In this document: positions 30,236 through 40,639 of the stretch, one piece after another
How the letters are laid out: every line of letters begins with the position of its first letter
Position numbering within the stretch: position 1 is the stretch's first letter
NCBI GenBank assembly: GCA_030586555.1
Contig: JAURAC010000015.1
Span: forward strand, 9,820 to 73,819
Direction of reading: 5' to 3'
Source: Candidatus Subterrananammoxibius californiae
Lineage (GTDB): Bacteria > Planctomycetota > Brocadiia > Brocadiales > Subterrananammoxibiaceae
DNA length: 64,000 nucleotides
Position numbers and translations under genes: made by a program
The notes under the pieces: generated by a model
Told to the model about the DNA's origin: nothing
Databases searched by the model: none
The model's input: only the letters and a program-made list of their open reading frames with translations

Positions 30236-31211
30236 CGAGAAGTATTCCACCTTAGGCAGCTTGGAAAGTGAATTAGCCATTAGTGGTTTAAAGAGCGGAA
30301 GCAATCTGGAAAAATTGCTCAAGGCGGGTTATTTTGTTGTTACTGCAGAACTCGGTCCACCAAGAGGCGCTGATAGGACGGTTATCGAAAAGAAGGCAAC
30401 TTTGTTAAAGGGTTATGCCGATGCCTTTAATATTACGGACTGCCAGACTGCTGTTGTAAGGCTCTCAAGTATTACGGGAGGCGCAATTCTTGTGGGCTTG
30501 GGATTAGAGCCTATTATCCAGATGACCTGCCGTGATAGAAATCGTATAGCAATCCAGAGCGATTTGCTTGGCGCAGCGGCTTTAGGCATAAAGAATCTTC
30601 TATGTTTGACAGGCGACCATCAGAAATTTGGGGACCACCCTGGGGCAAAGGGTGTTTTCGACATAGATTCGCTACAATTGTTACAGATTGTAAAAGGTAT
30701 GCGGGATGAAAAAAAGTTTCAGTCCGGAGAAGAGATTGAGGTTGAGCCGAGGTTTTTTATCGGTGCGGCTGAGAATCCATTTGCTGACCCTTTTACCTAT
30801 AGAGCATTTCGTCTGGCAAAGAAGATAAGGGCTGGGGCTGACTTTATCCAGACGCAAATAATATTTAATGTAGATAAGTTTTCAGCTTGGATGGAAAGGG
30901 TGCGTGCGTTGGGTCTTCACAAGAAGGTCTTCATCCTTGCCGGGGTTGCCCCAATAAAATCGCTCCTTATGGCAAAGTACATGAAGACCCATGTGCCGGG
31001 GATGGACATTCCAGATGAAATTATTAAACGTATGGAAAAGGCTAAGAAGGGGTCTGCTAAGACAGAGGGATTAAATATTTGCCTCGATGTGATAGAAAAA
31101 GTGAGAAAGATAGAAGGGGTCTCAGGTGTGCATATAATGGCAATTGAGTGGGAGGAGGCGATTCCTGAAATTGCCAAACGGGCGGGTCTTTTACCGAGAC
31201 CGAGCCCTTAG
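30219..31211 (+). CDS. metF: Methylenetetrahydrofolate reductase
   Basis: TAELGPP, QMTCRDRNR, LTGDH, GADFIQTQ. Confidence 0.95.
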   Translation: MIVKSDEKYSTLGSLESELAISGLKSGSNLEKLLKAGYFVVTAELGPPRGADRTVIEKKATLLKGYADAFNITDCQTAVVRLSSITGGAILVGLGLEPIIQMTCRDRNRIAIQSDLLGAAALGIKNLLCLTGDHQKFGDHPGAKGVFDIDSLQLLQIVKGMRDEKKFQSGEEIEVEPRFFIGAAENPFADPFTYRAFRLAKKIRAGADFIQTQIIFNVDKFSAWMERVRALGLHKKVFILAGVAPIKSLLMAKYMKTHVPGMDIPDEIIKRMEKAKKGSAKTEGLNICLDVIEKVRKIEGVSGVHIMAIEWEEAIPEIAKRAGLLPRPSP

Positions 31212-31229
31212 ACCTGTGAGACAAGAACG

Positions 31230-32654
31230 GTGAGTACCGGCAAAAAAAACATAGTAATATTGGGTGGTGGATTTGGTGGGACTAATGCATTATTACAACT
31301 ACAAAAAAGTCTTCCTGTAGATACAGATGTCGGTATAACGTTAATCAACAATTGGAATTTTTTTCTTTATACCCCTATGCTTCCAGAGGTGGCTACTGGT
31401 GGCATTGAGACGAGGCATGTGACGCAACCTCTCAGGGGGCTGTGTTACAAGAAAAGTTTCAATCTTGTAGTTGCGCCTATTGTTTCTATTGACGTTGGTA
31501 AAAAGAAGGTAATAACCACCAGGAAAACATTTGATTATGATTATCTCCTTATCAGCCTTGGTAGTGTAAATAATTTCTTTGGACTTCCAGGTGTTGAAGA
31601 ACGCGCCTTTACGTTGAAAAATCTTGAAGATTCCATCAGGATTCGCAATCATATTGTTGAACTCTTTGAACGGGCAAATCTGGAAGACGATGGTTCTAAA
31701 CGCAAGAGGATGCTAAGTTTTGTTGTTGCAGGCGCAGGACCAGCAGGAGTGGAATTAGTTACAGAAATGCATGACCTCATCTACTATGATTTGCTCTCTA
31801 AATTTTCTACTATAAAAGCGGATGATGTAAAGTTATACCTCTTAGAAGCTGGCACAAAAATCCTTCCGGGTATGGATGAAGACCTTATTGCAATTGCATT
31901 GGAAAGAATAAATTCTATGCGTATAGACTTGAGGCTTGAAACGCCTTTGATTAGCGCTGATACAACATCTGTTACACTTCAGAATGGCGAGGTATTCCAT
32001 TGCGATACCTTAATCTGGACGGCTGGTATGAAGGTAATGCCCATTATTGAAGCGCTAAACGTTCCCAAGCACACCGATGGGAGATTAAAGGTTAATGAGT
32101 TCTTAGAGGTACAGGGTTACTCTGGTGTTTTTGCAATAGGCGATAATGCCTATTTTGTTAGTCAAAAAAGTGGGCGTGCACTGCCACCTGCGGCGCAGTT
32201 TGCAATGCGGCAGGGGAAGGTTGCCGCAAGGAATATACTGCATGACATTAAAGGAGAACAGAAAGAGGCATTTGCTTTTGAACCTCTCGGATTCCTTGTA
32301 TCAATGGGAAAGCGGTTTTCCATTGCTAATATCCTCGGCATCAGGTTACACGGATTTATTGCATGGCTTCTCTGGAGAATTATATACCTATCAAAACTTG
32401 TAGGGTTTGAACGGAAGATACAGGTTGCGATGGACTGGTTATTAATGGAGATATTTGGAAGGGAAACGGTTCAGGAGGTGCGACTTTTTATAGACGAAGG
32501 TAAATGTAACGGTTGCTCCCTTTGTGTAAAGGTATGCCCGACTGCTACATTCCAGATGAAGAATGGAAAGTCGGTGGTAGTTAATCCGAGGGATTGCATA
32601 GAATGTCGTACCTGCATAGAAGAGTGTCCAGTAAATTGCATAGAGATTAAATGA
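31230..32654 (+). CDS. Type II NADH dehydrogenase with C-terminal 2x[4Fe-4S] ferredoxin domain
   Basis: GGGFGG, YTPMLPEVATG, GAGPAGVE, WTAG, AQFAMRQG; CNGCSLCVKVCP and CIECRTCIEECP. Confidence 0.88.
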   Translation: MSTGKKNIVILGGGFGGTNALLQLQKSLPVDTDVGITLINNWNFFLYTPMLPEVATGGIETRHVTQPLRGLCYKKSFNLVVAPIVSIDVGKKKVITTRKTFDYDYLLISLGSVNNFFGLPGVEERAFTLKNLEDSIRIRNHIVELFERANLEDDGSKRKRMLSFVVAGAGPAGVELVTEMHDLIYYDLLSKFSTIKADDVKLYLLEAGTKILPGMDEDLIAIALERINSMRIDLRLETPLISADTTSVTLQNGEVFHCDTLIWTAGMKVMPIIEALNVPKHTDGRLKVNEFLEVQGYSGVFAIGDNAYFVSQKSGRALPPAAQFAMRQGKVAARNILHDIKGEQKEAFAFEPLGFLVSMGKRFSIANILGIRLHGFIAWLLWRIIYLSKLVGFERKIQVAMDWLLMEIFGRETVQEVRLFIDEGKCNGCSLCVKVCPTATFQMKNGKSVVVNPRDCIECRTCIEECPVNCIEIK

Positions 32655-32702
32655 AAAGTGTGCCTTTACAGGTCTTTTGCCAGAAAGAAAGGAGGGTGTA
32701 AA

Positions 32703-33008
32703 ATGTTAGCTGAGTTTAGTGTCGTTCCAATTGGAAAAGGAACCAGTATTAGTGACCAGATTGCCGATGTTCTCAGGGTTGTTGATGAAAGCGGGATACC
32801 TTATAAAATAAATCCTATGGGTACGGTTATAGAGGGTGAATGGGACAAGGTTTTCAACCTTATCAAAAAGTGTCATGAAAAGGTCATGAAAACCTCTGAT
32901 AGGGCTTTGACTACCATTACTATTGATGACCGCAAGGATAGGGAAAACCGAATTGAAGCGAAGGTTGAATCTGTAGAAAAGAAGCTCGGCAAGAAGCTCA
33001 AGAAATAG
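32703..33008 (+). CDS. MTH1187/thiamine-binding family protein
   Basis: MLAEFSVVPIG, PMGTVIEG, IDDR. Confidence 0.9.
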   Translation: MLAEFSVVPIGKGTSISDQIADVLRVVDESGIPYKINPMGTVIEGEWDKVFNLIKKCHEKVMKTSDRALTTITIDDRKDRENRIEAKVESVEKKLGKKLKK

Positions 33009-33026
33009 ACCGCTAATGATTATAAC

Positions 33027-33070
33027 CACCCCTTAGTCCCCTCCTTCGCAAGGAGGGGATTAAGGGGAGG
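33027..33070. repeat. Family E hairpin
   Basis: CCCCTTAGTCCCCTCCTTCGCAAGGAGGGGATTAAGGGG. Confidence 0.75.
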
Positions 33071-33080
33071 TAAAACAATT

Positions 33081-33395
33081 ATGATAGAAAATCTGGTAGC
33101 AGAGATTCAGAATATCGAAACGAAAGCTGATAGCATAATTGCAGATGCACAGAAGAAGGCAAGGCAATCAGACATTGATGCAGAAAATGAGGTAAAGCAG
33201 TTAACCATTGATTTTGAGAAGGAATTTCAACAGAAGGTTAACGAGTTAAAATTAAGGATTGATAACTCAAAAAGGAATGAAGAAGCGTATCTAAAAGCAG
33301 AATTTGAAAGAATGAAGGCGCAACTGGCACACCTTAATCAAGGGGTATTTGAGCAAGTCATTGGGTTGGTAGCGAAAGGAATCTGCGAATCCTGA
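33081..33395 (+). CDS. V/A-type ATPase subunit G/H
   Basis: IETKADSIIADA coiled coil, first gene of operon. Confidence 0.7.
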   Translation: MIENLVAEIQNIETKADSIIADAQKKARQSDIDAENEVKQLTIDFEKEFQQKVNELKLRIDNSKRNEEAYLKAEFERMKAQLAHLNQGVFEQVIGLVAKGICES

Positions 33396-33396
33396 T

Positions 33397-35415
33397 ATGG
33401 CAATTGATAGGGTTAAAAAGGTTACCTTAATGGCCCCCATCGAAAGCACCAAGCGATTACTTTCACATCTCTACAACCTGAGTATTCTTCATATAACAGA
33501 TACATTTACGCAACTCCCGCAGACAGACCATCCCCTGAAAAGACAGAGTATTGTAGCAGAAGAGCCTGCAAAATATATTAATAAGCTTGAAGTTATACTT
33601 TCAGCCTTTTCGCAGTTTGTTAAGAGGAAGAAGAGCTTAATAGAGGGCTTTTTCCCGCTCCCCCTACAGGTAACAGAAAAGGAATTGATGGATGCCCTTT
33701 CCACCGTAGATATTGAACTCCTCTATGAAGAGAGTCATTATTGTTATAATGAATGCAAGGTACTTGAAAAAAAGACAACCGATATAGGACGAGAAATAAC
33801 GTCCCTAACCAGCTTTCTTGCGATACCATGTGATTTAGACGAATTAAGAAAGCTGAAAAATGTTTCTGTTAAATTCGGGATTTTTTCGTTTGAAAGGTGG
33901 AAAAAGCTACGGACCGACCCCACCGCACTGGACTTACTGACCTTCCAAGCAATTGACGCTGAAAAGAAAAATGCCAAAGTCATTGTGGCATATCTCTTGA
34001 AGGAGCAGGAAGAAGCGCTAAAAAAACTCAAAGAATATAGCTTTTTAGAACTATCCCTTCCAGCAATCTCTGGTAGAGTATCAGATAAGGTTGCCGCACT
34101 TGAGGCGGAAATGAATGACCTCATACAGAGGCGAGAAGACCTTAAAAATCGAATTATTGAACTATCCAGATATTCAAGACATGTTGAGGTCTTGCTTAGA
34201 TATTGGGAAAATGAGAGAGACAAGATTACCACACAGAACAATTTTGGCTTTTCCATGAGAATTCTAATTATTACTGGATTTATTAAAGAAGAGAGCATTG
34301 ACAAGCTTAATGCTGTACTCGATGCTGAGTTTCCAGAGACCTCGGTTGTGTATGGAACCCCGACGCCATTGGATAACGTGCCAGTATCTATAAGTTTGCC
34401 CTCATTTTTTAGACCGGCACAGCTTTTAATAAATATGTTTGGTTTGCCAGATTATTTTAGTTTCGACCCCACCCCATTTATCACTTTAACATTCTTAATC
34501 TTCTTTGGGATTTGCTTCGGTGACGTGTTTTATGGTATAACCCTGATAGGTTTTTCATATTATATGATACTAAGATATAGGAATTACGAAGGAATGAAAA
34601 ACTTCTTTTTACTTTTTATGTATGCCGGCTTCAGTTCCGCAATATTCGGCGCACTTTCTGGCACGTGGGCAGGTGACCTTTATAATCCAGCTTATCTTGG
34701 AGAAAATAATTTACTCCTTCGAGCAAAAGATGCGCTTGCGGTCTTAGACCCACTTTCTAAACCGATTATTGCCTTACTAATTGCCATAGGACTTGGCGTC
34801 ATAAACCAGTTCTACGGAATAGTCCTTAGAGTGTATGGTGAGTTGATGAAGGGAAATTTGCTTAATGCAATATTTGACGGTTTGCTATGGTTAATCTTGC
34901 TCCCTGGCTTTCTAATCATTATTTCACCCATGTTTACAAAGATACCAGCTTGGCTATTTAATTTGGGTTTGGGTTTGACGGCGGTCGGCGGAATTGGTCT
35001 GGTGCTTACGCAGGGAAGGCATGAGAAAGGCTTAATAGCACGAGCGATTACTGGTATGGTAAGCCTTTACGGAATACTCGGCACCTATGGATGTACGTCA
35101 TTTATTAGTGACATCCTTTCATATTCAAGGCTTCTTGCGCTTGGTCTCACGACCCTTATAGTAGCCATGTCATTTAACATCATCGCAAATATCATGAGAG
35201 AGGTGCCATTTATTGGAGTGATACTATTTGTGCTAATCTTAATTGCTGGACATCTGTTCAATTTCATGATGAGTATCATAGGGGCGTTTGTCCATCCAGC
35301 AAGGTTAATCTTCCTTGAATTTTTTGGAAGGTTTTATCAGGCTGGCGCTACCAGATTTAGACCTTTTGGCTTTGATAATGAAAAGGTTCAGCTCTTGAGG
35401 GCTAAAAGTTCTTAG
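33397..35415 (+). CDS. ntpI: V/A-type ATPase subunit I (a)
   Basis: FDPTP, FGDVFYG, DILSYSRLLALGL, RLIFLEFFGRFY. Confidence 0.95.
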   Translation: MAIDRVKKVTLMAPIESTKRLLSHLYNLSILHITDTFTQLPQTDHPLKRQSIVAEEPAKYINKLEVILSAFSQFVKRKKSLIEGFFPLPLQVTEKELMDALSTVDIELLYEESHYCYNECKVLEKKTTDIGREITSLTSFLAIPCDLDELRKLKNVSVKFGIFSFERWKKLRTDPTALDLLTFQAIDAEKKNAKVIVAYLLKEQEEALKKLKEYSFLELSLPAISGRVSDKVAALEAEMNDLIQRREDLKNRIIELSRYSRHVEVLLRYWENERDKITTQNNFGFSMRILIITGFIKEESIDKLNAVLDAEFPETSVVYGTPTPLDNVPVSISLPSFFRPAQLLINMFGLPDYFSFDPTPFITLTFLIFFGICFGDVFYGITLIGFSYYMILRYRNYEGMKNFFLLFMYAGFSSAIFGALSGTWAGDLYNPAYLGENNLLLRAKDALAVLDPLSKPIIALLIAIGLGVINQFYGIVLRVYGELMKGNLLNAIFDGLLWLILLPGFLIIISPMFTKIPAWLFNLGLGLTAVGGIGLVLTQGRHEKGLIARAITGMVSLYGILGTYGCTSFISDILSYSRLLALGLTTLIVAMSFNIIANIMREVPFIGVILFVLILIAGHLFNFMMSIIGAFVHPARLIFLEFFGRFYQAGATRFRPFGFDNEKVQLLRAKSS

Positions 35416-35421
35416 AGAATC

Positions 35422-35484
35422 GGTAGACAACGAGGTTCTACCTCGTTGACATTTGTTCAACGAACATAAAGTTCGTTGTCTACC
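35422..35484. repeat. Family A doublet
   Basis: GGTAGACAACGAGGTTCTACCTCGTTG...CAACGAACATAAAGTTCGTTGTCTACC. Confidence 0.9.
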
Positions 35485-35509
35485 GGGATAAAAGGAGAAA
35501 TGTAAAATA

Positions 35510-36046
35510 ATGGGTGACCTAATAAGGTTGTACTTTATTGAGACGGGATTTGGTTGGGCAGCCGCCGGGGCAATACTGGTGGTAATGTTGGGAAGCATTG
35601 GCTCAGCAAGGGGCATACGTATTGCGGGAGCTCAGGCTGCCGGGGTACTTTCAGAAAAACCAGAACTCTTTGGGAAGCTGCTTGTATTAATGGCGCTGCC
35701 TGGTACGCAAGGTTTTTATAGCTTTATATGCGCAATCATGATTGCCTTGAGATGTGGGATTATCGCCGGCGGCATAACAATTCCACCAATTGTTGGAATA
35801 GCAATACTCGTCGTCGCTATTTGTATGGGTATAGTTCAGTGGAGGTCTGCAATTATACAGGGAGAGGCATCTGCAGCGGCTATTAACCTTACAAGCAAAC
35901 AGCCGGGTGAAAGTGGACGTGCAATCCTGATTCCTGCCCTTGTCGAAACATACGCTGTAATATCCTTGCTTGCCTCAATCCTGCTTATAATCTGGTTTAC
36001 TAAGGAAGGTGGGCTCTCATTCCTCACCCCTTCTCCTACCCACTAA
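35510..36046 (+). CDS. ntpK: V/A-type ATPase proteolipid subunit K (4 TM)
   Basis: GSARGI, LPGTQGFY, IIQG, VETYA. Confidence 0.95.
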   Translation: MGDLIRLYFIETGFGWAAAGAILVVMLGSIGSARGIRIAGAQAAGVLSEKPELFGKLLVLMALPGTQGFYSFICAIMIALRCGIIAGGITIPPIVGIAILVVAICMGIVQWRSAIIQGEASAAAINLTSKQPGESGRAILIPALVETYAVISLLASILLIIWFTKEGGLSFLTPSPTH

Positions 36047-36055
36047 CGGTTTTAA

Positions 36056-36116
36056 GGGTGGCATGGACAAATTTGTTCGCCATGGCGAATCTGCCTTGGG
36101 CATGATTCGTCCGTGC
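36056..36116. repeat. Family C element with nested 30-bp family D1 element
   Basis: GGGTGGCATGGACAAATTTG-[TTCGCCATGGCGAATCTGCCTTGGGCATGA]-TTCGTCCGTGC. Confidence 0.85.
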
Positions 36117-36131
36117 TCTTGAGATTATGAA

Positions 36132-36725
36132 ATGTCGCTTGAAAGAATAACAAAGTCAATATTAGATGACGCTGAGAAAGAGGCGGCGAGGATACTTCAT
36201 GCAGCACAAGCAGCCATCCAGCGCAAAATTGCTTCTGTTAGAGAAGAACTTAAAAAAAATCTAATCGAAAGGTTAAAAGATGTAGAGGTAGAAATTGAGG
36301 AGAAAAAGGCAATAGAACTTTCTAATCTAAGAACAAGTTACAGGCAGCAGATTCTTGAAATTAAGAATACCGTAATTGATGACGTTTTCAAAAGGGCTGT
36401 GCAGCAAATTGTTTCTCTTTCCGATGAAAGGTATCTTTCTATTATAGAAAAATGGCTTCAAGCAATTAGTACAACGGGGCAGATTTTTATAAGCTCAAAG
36501 GATTCAAAACGAATCACCTATGAGTTTATTTCAAGGATTAATCAATCGAGAAAGGAATCCTCAAGTCTTTCCCTGAGCAAGGATTTCGCTAATATAAGTG
36601 GTGGGTTTATGCTGAAGACAGAAAAGTTTGAGATTGACCACTCCCTTGAGGCAATTTCATTGAATCTGCGTGAGCGACTCGGACCCAAAATTGCAAAAGA
36701 ATTATTCAGAGAGCAGACTTGGTAG
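36132..36725 (+). CDS. ntpE: V/A-type ATPase subunit E
   Basis: MSLERITKSILDDA, ISGGF, IAKELF; stop supplied by repeat. Confidence 0.88.
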   Translation: MSLERITKSILDDAEKEAARILHAAQAAIQRKIASVREELKKNLIERLKDVEVEIEEKKAIELSNLRTSYRQQILEIKNTVIDDVFKRAVQQIVSLSDERYLSIIEKWLQAISTTGQIFISSKDSKRITYEFISRINQSRKESSSLSLSKDFANISGGFMLKTEKFEIDHSLEAISLNLRERLGPKIAKELFREQTW

Positions 36726-36788
36726 ACAACGAGGTTTTATCCGCCTCAGACGGATTGATTTCAACGGACATAAAGTCCGTTGTCTACC
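36721..36788. repeat. Family A doublet with inserted TCCGCCTCAGACGGA hairpin
   Basis: GGTAGACAACGAGGTTTT-ATCCGCCTCAGACGGAT-TGATTTCAACGGACATAAAGTCCGTTGTCTACC. Confidence 0.85.
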
Positions 36789-36802
36789 GACAGAAGAACC
36801 CT

Positions 36803-37876
36803 ATGTATGAGTCAAACCAATCAGGGTCGAAGATTGAGCGAAGCGAAACATGGTGTTATATTAGCGGAAAGGTGTGCGTATTAGAATCCTTTCTTTTGAA
36901 GCGCGATTTTTTCGAACGCCTCATAAACCTCGAAAAGCATGAGGACGTTTTTCTGACTCTTAGTGATTCACCATTAAAGGAGTATTTCGTTCATATTGAA
37001 CGCCTTTACGAGTCGGAGAAGATTCTCGAAGAACGTTATTTTAACGAAATCTTCGAGATAAGAAAGTTTTCTCCCAACCCTATATTAAGCAACATATTCC
37101 TTATAAAATATGATTTCGTCAATCTAAAAAATTTCCTGAAAGAGTTGCTTGCTGGAATTCCAAGAGAGGTTCCAACCCCCCATCCATCCTTCCCCCTCTA
37201 TGTGGGAGAGGTGGGGTGGGGGGATAGCGAATGGGAACGCCTTTGGAAAGGCGAAAGGACAGGGTTTCACCCGATATTTGAAGACGCAATCAGGATAATA
37301 AAAGAGTTAAAAGAAAGTTCTCCGGACTTGCTATCGGCGAATCCTTTTATAATTGATTTGGTGCTTGATAATGCGTATTTATGCTATCTTGCATATATGG
37401 TGTCTAAACTAAATGTTCCATTAATTAAAAAATATTTTGATGACTATTTTATTATAAAGGGTACAGAGATAATTATGCGTGCCATCGCAAACAGGTCTGA
37501 TATGGAGCAAATATCAAAAATATTTCTAAGGGGCATAATGCAAAAGGATTTTTTCTTTAAGCTTCTTAAATGCCCCCTGACCGAGATCAGGGGCTGGCGT
37601 GGGGCATTACTCGAAGTTTTTCCTTCTAAATTAGTTGACGAAATCTTTGCAGGGTCTTCTAAAAATCTTTTTACACAATTTGAGCGACTGACAGATAACT
37701 ACCTTCTTAGAAAACTCCAGCCAGCAAAGGTTGTAACTTTTGGACCTGAGCGTGTCTTCGGCTACCTTTGTGGTCTTACAACAGAAACATATAATTTGAG
37801 GCTTACCCTTGGGGGAAAGGTAAACATGGTTAACACTGACTTAATAAAAGAGAGCCTGAGAGAGCTTTATGTCTAA
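36803..37876 (+). CDS. ntpC: V/A-type ATPase subunit C (d)
   Basis: YDFVNLK, FGPERVFGYL, LRELYV; start moved to ATG 36803 because upstream part is repeat. Confidence 0.8.
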   Translation: MYESNQSGSKIERSETWCYISGKVCVLESFLLKRDFFERLINLEKHEDVFLTLSDSPLKEYFVHIERLYESEKILEERYFNEIFEIRKFSPNPILSNIFLIKYDFVNLKNFLKELLAGIPREVPTPHPSFPLYVGEVGWGDSEWERLWKGERTGFHPIFEDAIRIIKELKESSPDLLSANPFIIDLVLDNAYLCYLAYMVSKLNVPLIKKYFDDYFIIKGTEIIMRAIANRSDMEQISKIFLRGIMQKDFFFKLLKCPLTEIRGWRGALLEVFPSKLVDEIFAGSSKNLFTQFERLTDNYLLRKLQPAKVVTFGPERVFGYLCGLTTETYNLRLTLGGKVNMVNTDLIKESLRELYV

Positions 37877-38189
37877 GGTTATCGCTGTGGGCGAAAGAGA
37901 TCTTATAATAGGTTTTAAAGCCGTTGGGGTAGAACTTGTGTCTGTTAAATCCCCTTCCGAAGTGGGTGCTGTACTTAAAAAATTATCCCAGGATGCTTCA
38001 GTAGGACTAATATTAATTACTGAAACTGTAGCCGAAGGATGTCTTGATGTAATTTCAAGTTTTAGGGAGGAAAGCGCTGCTGTTATTCTAATCGTACCCA
38101 GCCATCTTCCGACAAAACACATAAGCATGCTCGAGATAAAGCGTAATATAGAGAAGGCAGTGGGTGTTGATATGTTATCGAAATCCTGA
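37869..38189 (+). CDS. ntpF: V/A-type ATPase subunit F
   Basis: GFKAVGV, LILITE, IEKAVGVD. Confidence 0.9.
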   Translation: MSKVIAVGERDLIIGFKAVGVELVSVKSPSEVGAVLKKLSQDASVGLILITETVAEGCLDVISSFREESAAVILIVPSHLPTKHISMLEIKRNIEKAVGVDMLSKS

Positions 38190-38267
38190 GCTTGCAAGGA
38201 GATGTTATATGGACATAATAATATAAATTTAACCAAAGTAACTTTTAAATGGAAAGGAGATCCAGAA

Positions 38268-38462
38268 ATGCATGCCTATAAATATATTACAAAGATATTA
38301 GAAAACGGGAAAATAGAATTACCTAAGTTGCCGTTGAAAAAAGGGGTCGAAGTAGAGGTAATTATTTTACCACAAAGCGAAGACGATCTTTTGAAGGCTT
38401 CCGAGAGTAGTTTGAATTTCTGGTACAATGACATAGATGACGGGGTCTGGAATAGTGTATAA
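38268..38462 (+). CDS. Putative antitoxin
   Basis: GKIELP..VEVIIL, ASESSLNFW..DDGVW; overlaps PemK-like gene. Confidence 0.65.
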   Translation: MHAYKYITKILENGKIELPKLPLKKGVEVEVIILPQSEDDLLKASESSLNFWYNDIDDGVWNSV

Positions 38463-38802
38463 GCAACGAGACATCTTAATAATACCTATACCTTTTACTA
38501 ATCTTACAGCAAATAAGAAGCGTCCAGTTGTTGTACTTTCCAACGATCATTACAACAACAAAGCAGAAGATATTGTTGTTATCGCTGTAACTTCAAACAT
38601 TGAACGGAAGGAATATTCTATTCTGATTTCTAACCAAGACTTAGAAGAAGGCGTTTTACCACATCAAAGTATAGTGCGTGTAGATAAAATATACACTCTC
38701 AATAATTCAATCGTAATCAAGAAACTCGGTGTTTTGCGAAAAGAAACGTTTAAAAAGGTAAAGGATACCCTAATAAAGCTAATTAACCAAAATATTTCTT
38801 AA
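38455..38802 (+). CDS. PemK/MazF family toxin
   Basis: QRDILIIPIPFT, KKRPVVVLSN, AVTSN, SIVRVDKIYT. Confidence 0.9.
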   Translation: MYKQRDILIIPIPFTNLTANKKRPVVVLSNDHYNNKAEDIVVIAVTSNIERKEYSILISNQDLEEGVLPHQSIVRVDKIYTLNNSIVIKKLGVLRKETFKKVKDTLIKLINQNIS

Positions 38803-38866
38803 AAAATAAAAAGATTTTTTTTACAAAAGGGTTACTATTGAGCTTGTATTGAGTGAAGCAAACGTG

Positions 38867-40639
38867 ATGGATAATGGAGTTGTAATTAAGGTTTCTGGTC
38901 CGCTGGTTGTAGCAAAGAATCTGTCCGGAACGAGGATTTATGACCTTGTTCGTGTCGGTCAATTCAAGCTTTTTGGTGAGGTTATAGAAATACGAGGTAA
39001 TGAGTACTTCATACAGGTTTATGAAGAAACAGAAGGTTTAGGGCCTGGCGACCCTGTCTATCCAACAAATCAACCGCTTAACGTAGAGCTCGGACCAGGT
39101 TTAATTGGCTCTATATACGATGGTGTGCAAAGACCACTCGATGTGCTAAGAAACAAGCTTGGTGATTTCATCACGAGGGGGGCAGAAAGCCCGCCACTTA
39201 ACCGTACTAAAAAATGGCGCTTCCATCCAACCCGTAAGATTGGAGAAGAAGTTATCCCCGGAGACATCCTCGGCACGGTTAAGGAGTCTTCACTTATAGA
39301 GCACAGGATGATGGTTCCTGCAGGAATCAAGGGCAGGGTGTCCAGGATTAAAGAAGTAGATACAACTGTTGAAGAAACAGTTGCCACAATTGAAACCCAT
39401 TCAGGCGTAAAGGAAATCTCAATGATTCAGAAATGGCCTGTTAGAGAGCCAAGAGAGGTGGTAAGGAAGCTCCCTCCTGTTATGCCCCTTGTAACTGGCC
39501 AGAGGGTAATAGATATGCTGTTTCCTATAACAAAAGGTGGCACTGCATGCGTTCCAGGCCCCTTTGGCAGTGGGAAGACGGTTGTCCAGCACCAGCTTGC
39601 AAAATGGTCTGACGCTGATGTTATCGTCTACGTTGGCTGTGGGGAAAGGGGTAATGAAATGGCTGATGTATTAATAGAATTACCACAACTAAAAGACCCC
39701 AAATCTGGCGAGTCATTGATGGAAAGGACAGTCTTGATTGCCAACACGTCCAATATGCCTGTCGCAGCCCGTGAGGCATCCGTATATACTGGAATAACGA
39801 TTGCTGAGTATTATAGGGATATGGGATATAGCGTTGCCCTTTTGGCAGATTCTACGTCAAGATGGGGCGAAGCCATGCGGGAAATCTCTGGAAGGCTTGA
39901 GGAGATGCCTGGTGAGGAGGGCTATCCCAATTATCTTGCATCCAGGCTTGCTGGTTTCTACGAAAGGGCAGGAAACGTTATTTGTCTCGGTTCGGATGGC
40001 AGGAAAGGTTGTTTAAGTGTAATTGGGGCCGTTTCTCCCCCGGGTGGTGACCTCTCTGAACCAATTACACAGGCAACGCTTCGCGTTGTAAAGGTGTTCT
40101 GGAGCCTTGATGACAGGCTTGCATCACAACGACATTTTCCAGCAATCCACTGGCTGACCAGCTATTCACTTTACCGTGACGTTGTTGATGATTATTGTGT
40201 CTCAAATATAGATTCGTCATGGAAAGAAAACAGAAGAAGAGCAATGGAGATACTCCAAAGGGAGTCAGAATTAGAGGAAATTGTGAGGCTTGTAGGAATT
40301 GATGCCCTTTCCTATGGGGACAGGCTCTATATGGAGGTTGCAAAGATGATTCGCGAGGATTTTCTCCATCAGAATGCCTTTGACAGGCGCGATACATATA
40401 CTTCTTTGAAGAAACAGTATCTTATCCTTGACAATATCATCAAGTTTTATAACAAGGCAAAAGAGCTTTTAAAATCTAATGTGGAATTTTCAAAGATAAT
40501 TACAATTCCATCTAAAGAGGAGATTGCAAGGTCAACGCTTATTCCTGAGGACCAGCTACATAAATTCACAGAGATTGGTAGTAAGATAGCAGCGGAATTG
40601 AATGCCTTGCTTCCGAAGGAGATGGTAAGAAGTGCTTAA
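38867..40639 (+). CDS. ntpA: V/A-type ATPase subunit A
   Basis: [29 protein letters not shown]; alternative start TTG 38849. Confidence 0.97.
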   Translation: MDNGVVIKVSGPLVVAKNLSGTRIYDLVRVGQFKLFGEVIEIRGNEYFIQVYEETEGLGPGDPVYPTNQPLNVELGPGLIGSIYDGVQRPLDVLRNKLGDFITRGAESPPLNRTKKWRFHPTRKIGEEVIPGDILGTVKESSLIEHRMMVPAGIKGRVSRIKEVDTTVEETVATIETHSGVKEISMIQKWPVREPREVVRKLPPVMPLVTGQRVIDMLFPITKGGTACVPGPFGSGKTVVQHQLAKWSDADVIVYVGCGERGNEMADVLIELPQLKDPKSGESLMERTVLIANTSNMPVAAREASVYTGITIAEYYRDMGYSVALLADSTSRWGEAMREISGRLEEMPGEEGYPNYLASRLAGFYERAGNVICLGSDGRKGCLSVIGAVSPPGGDLSEPITQATLRVVKVFWSLDDRLASQRHFPAIHWLTSYSLYRDVVDDYCVSNIDSSWKENRRRAMEILQRESELEEIVRLVGIDALSYGDRLYMEVAKMIREDFLHQNAFDRRDTYTSLKKQYLILDNIIKFYNKAKELLKSNVEFSKIITIPSKEEIARSTLIPEDQLHKFTEIGSKIAAELNALLPKEMVRSA

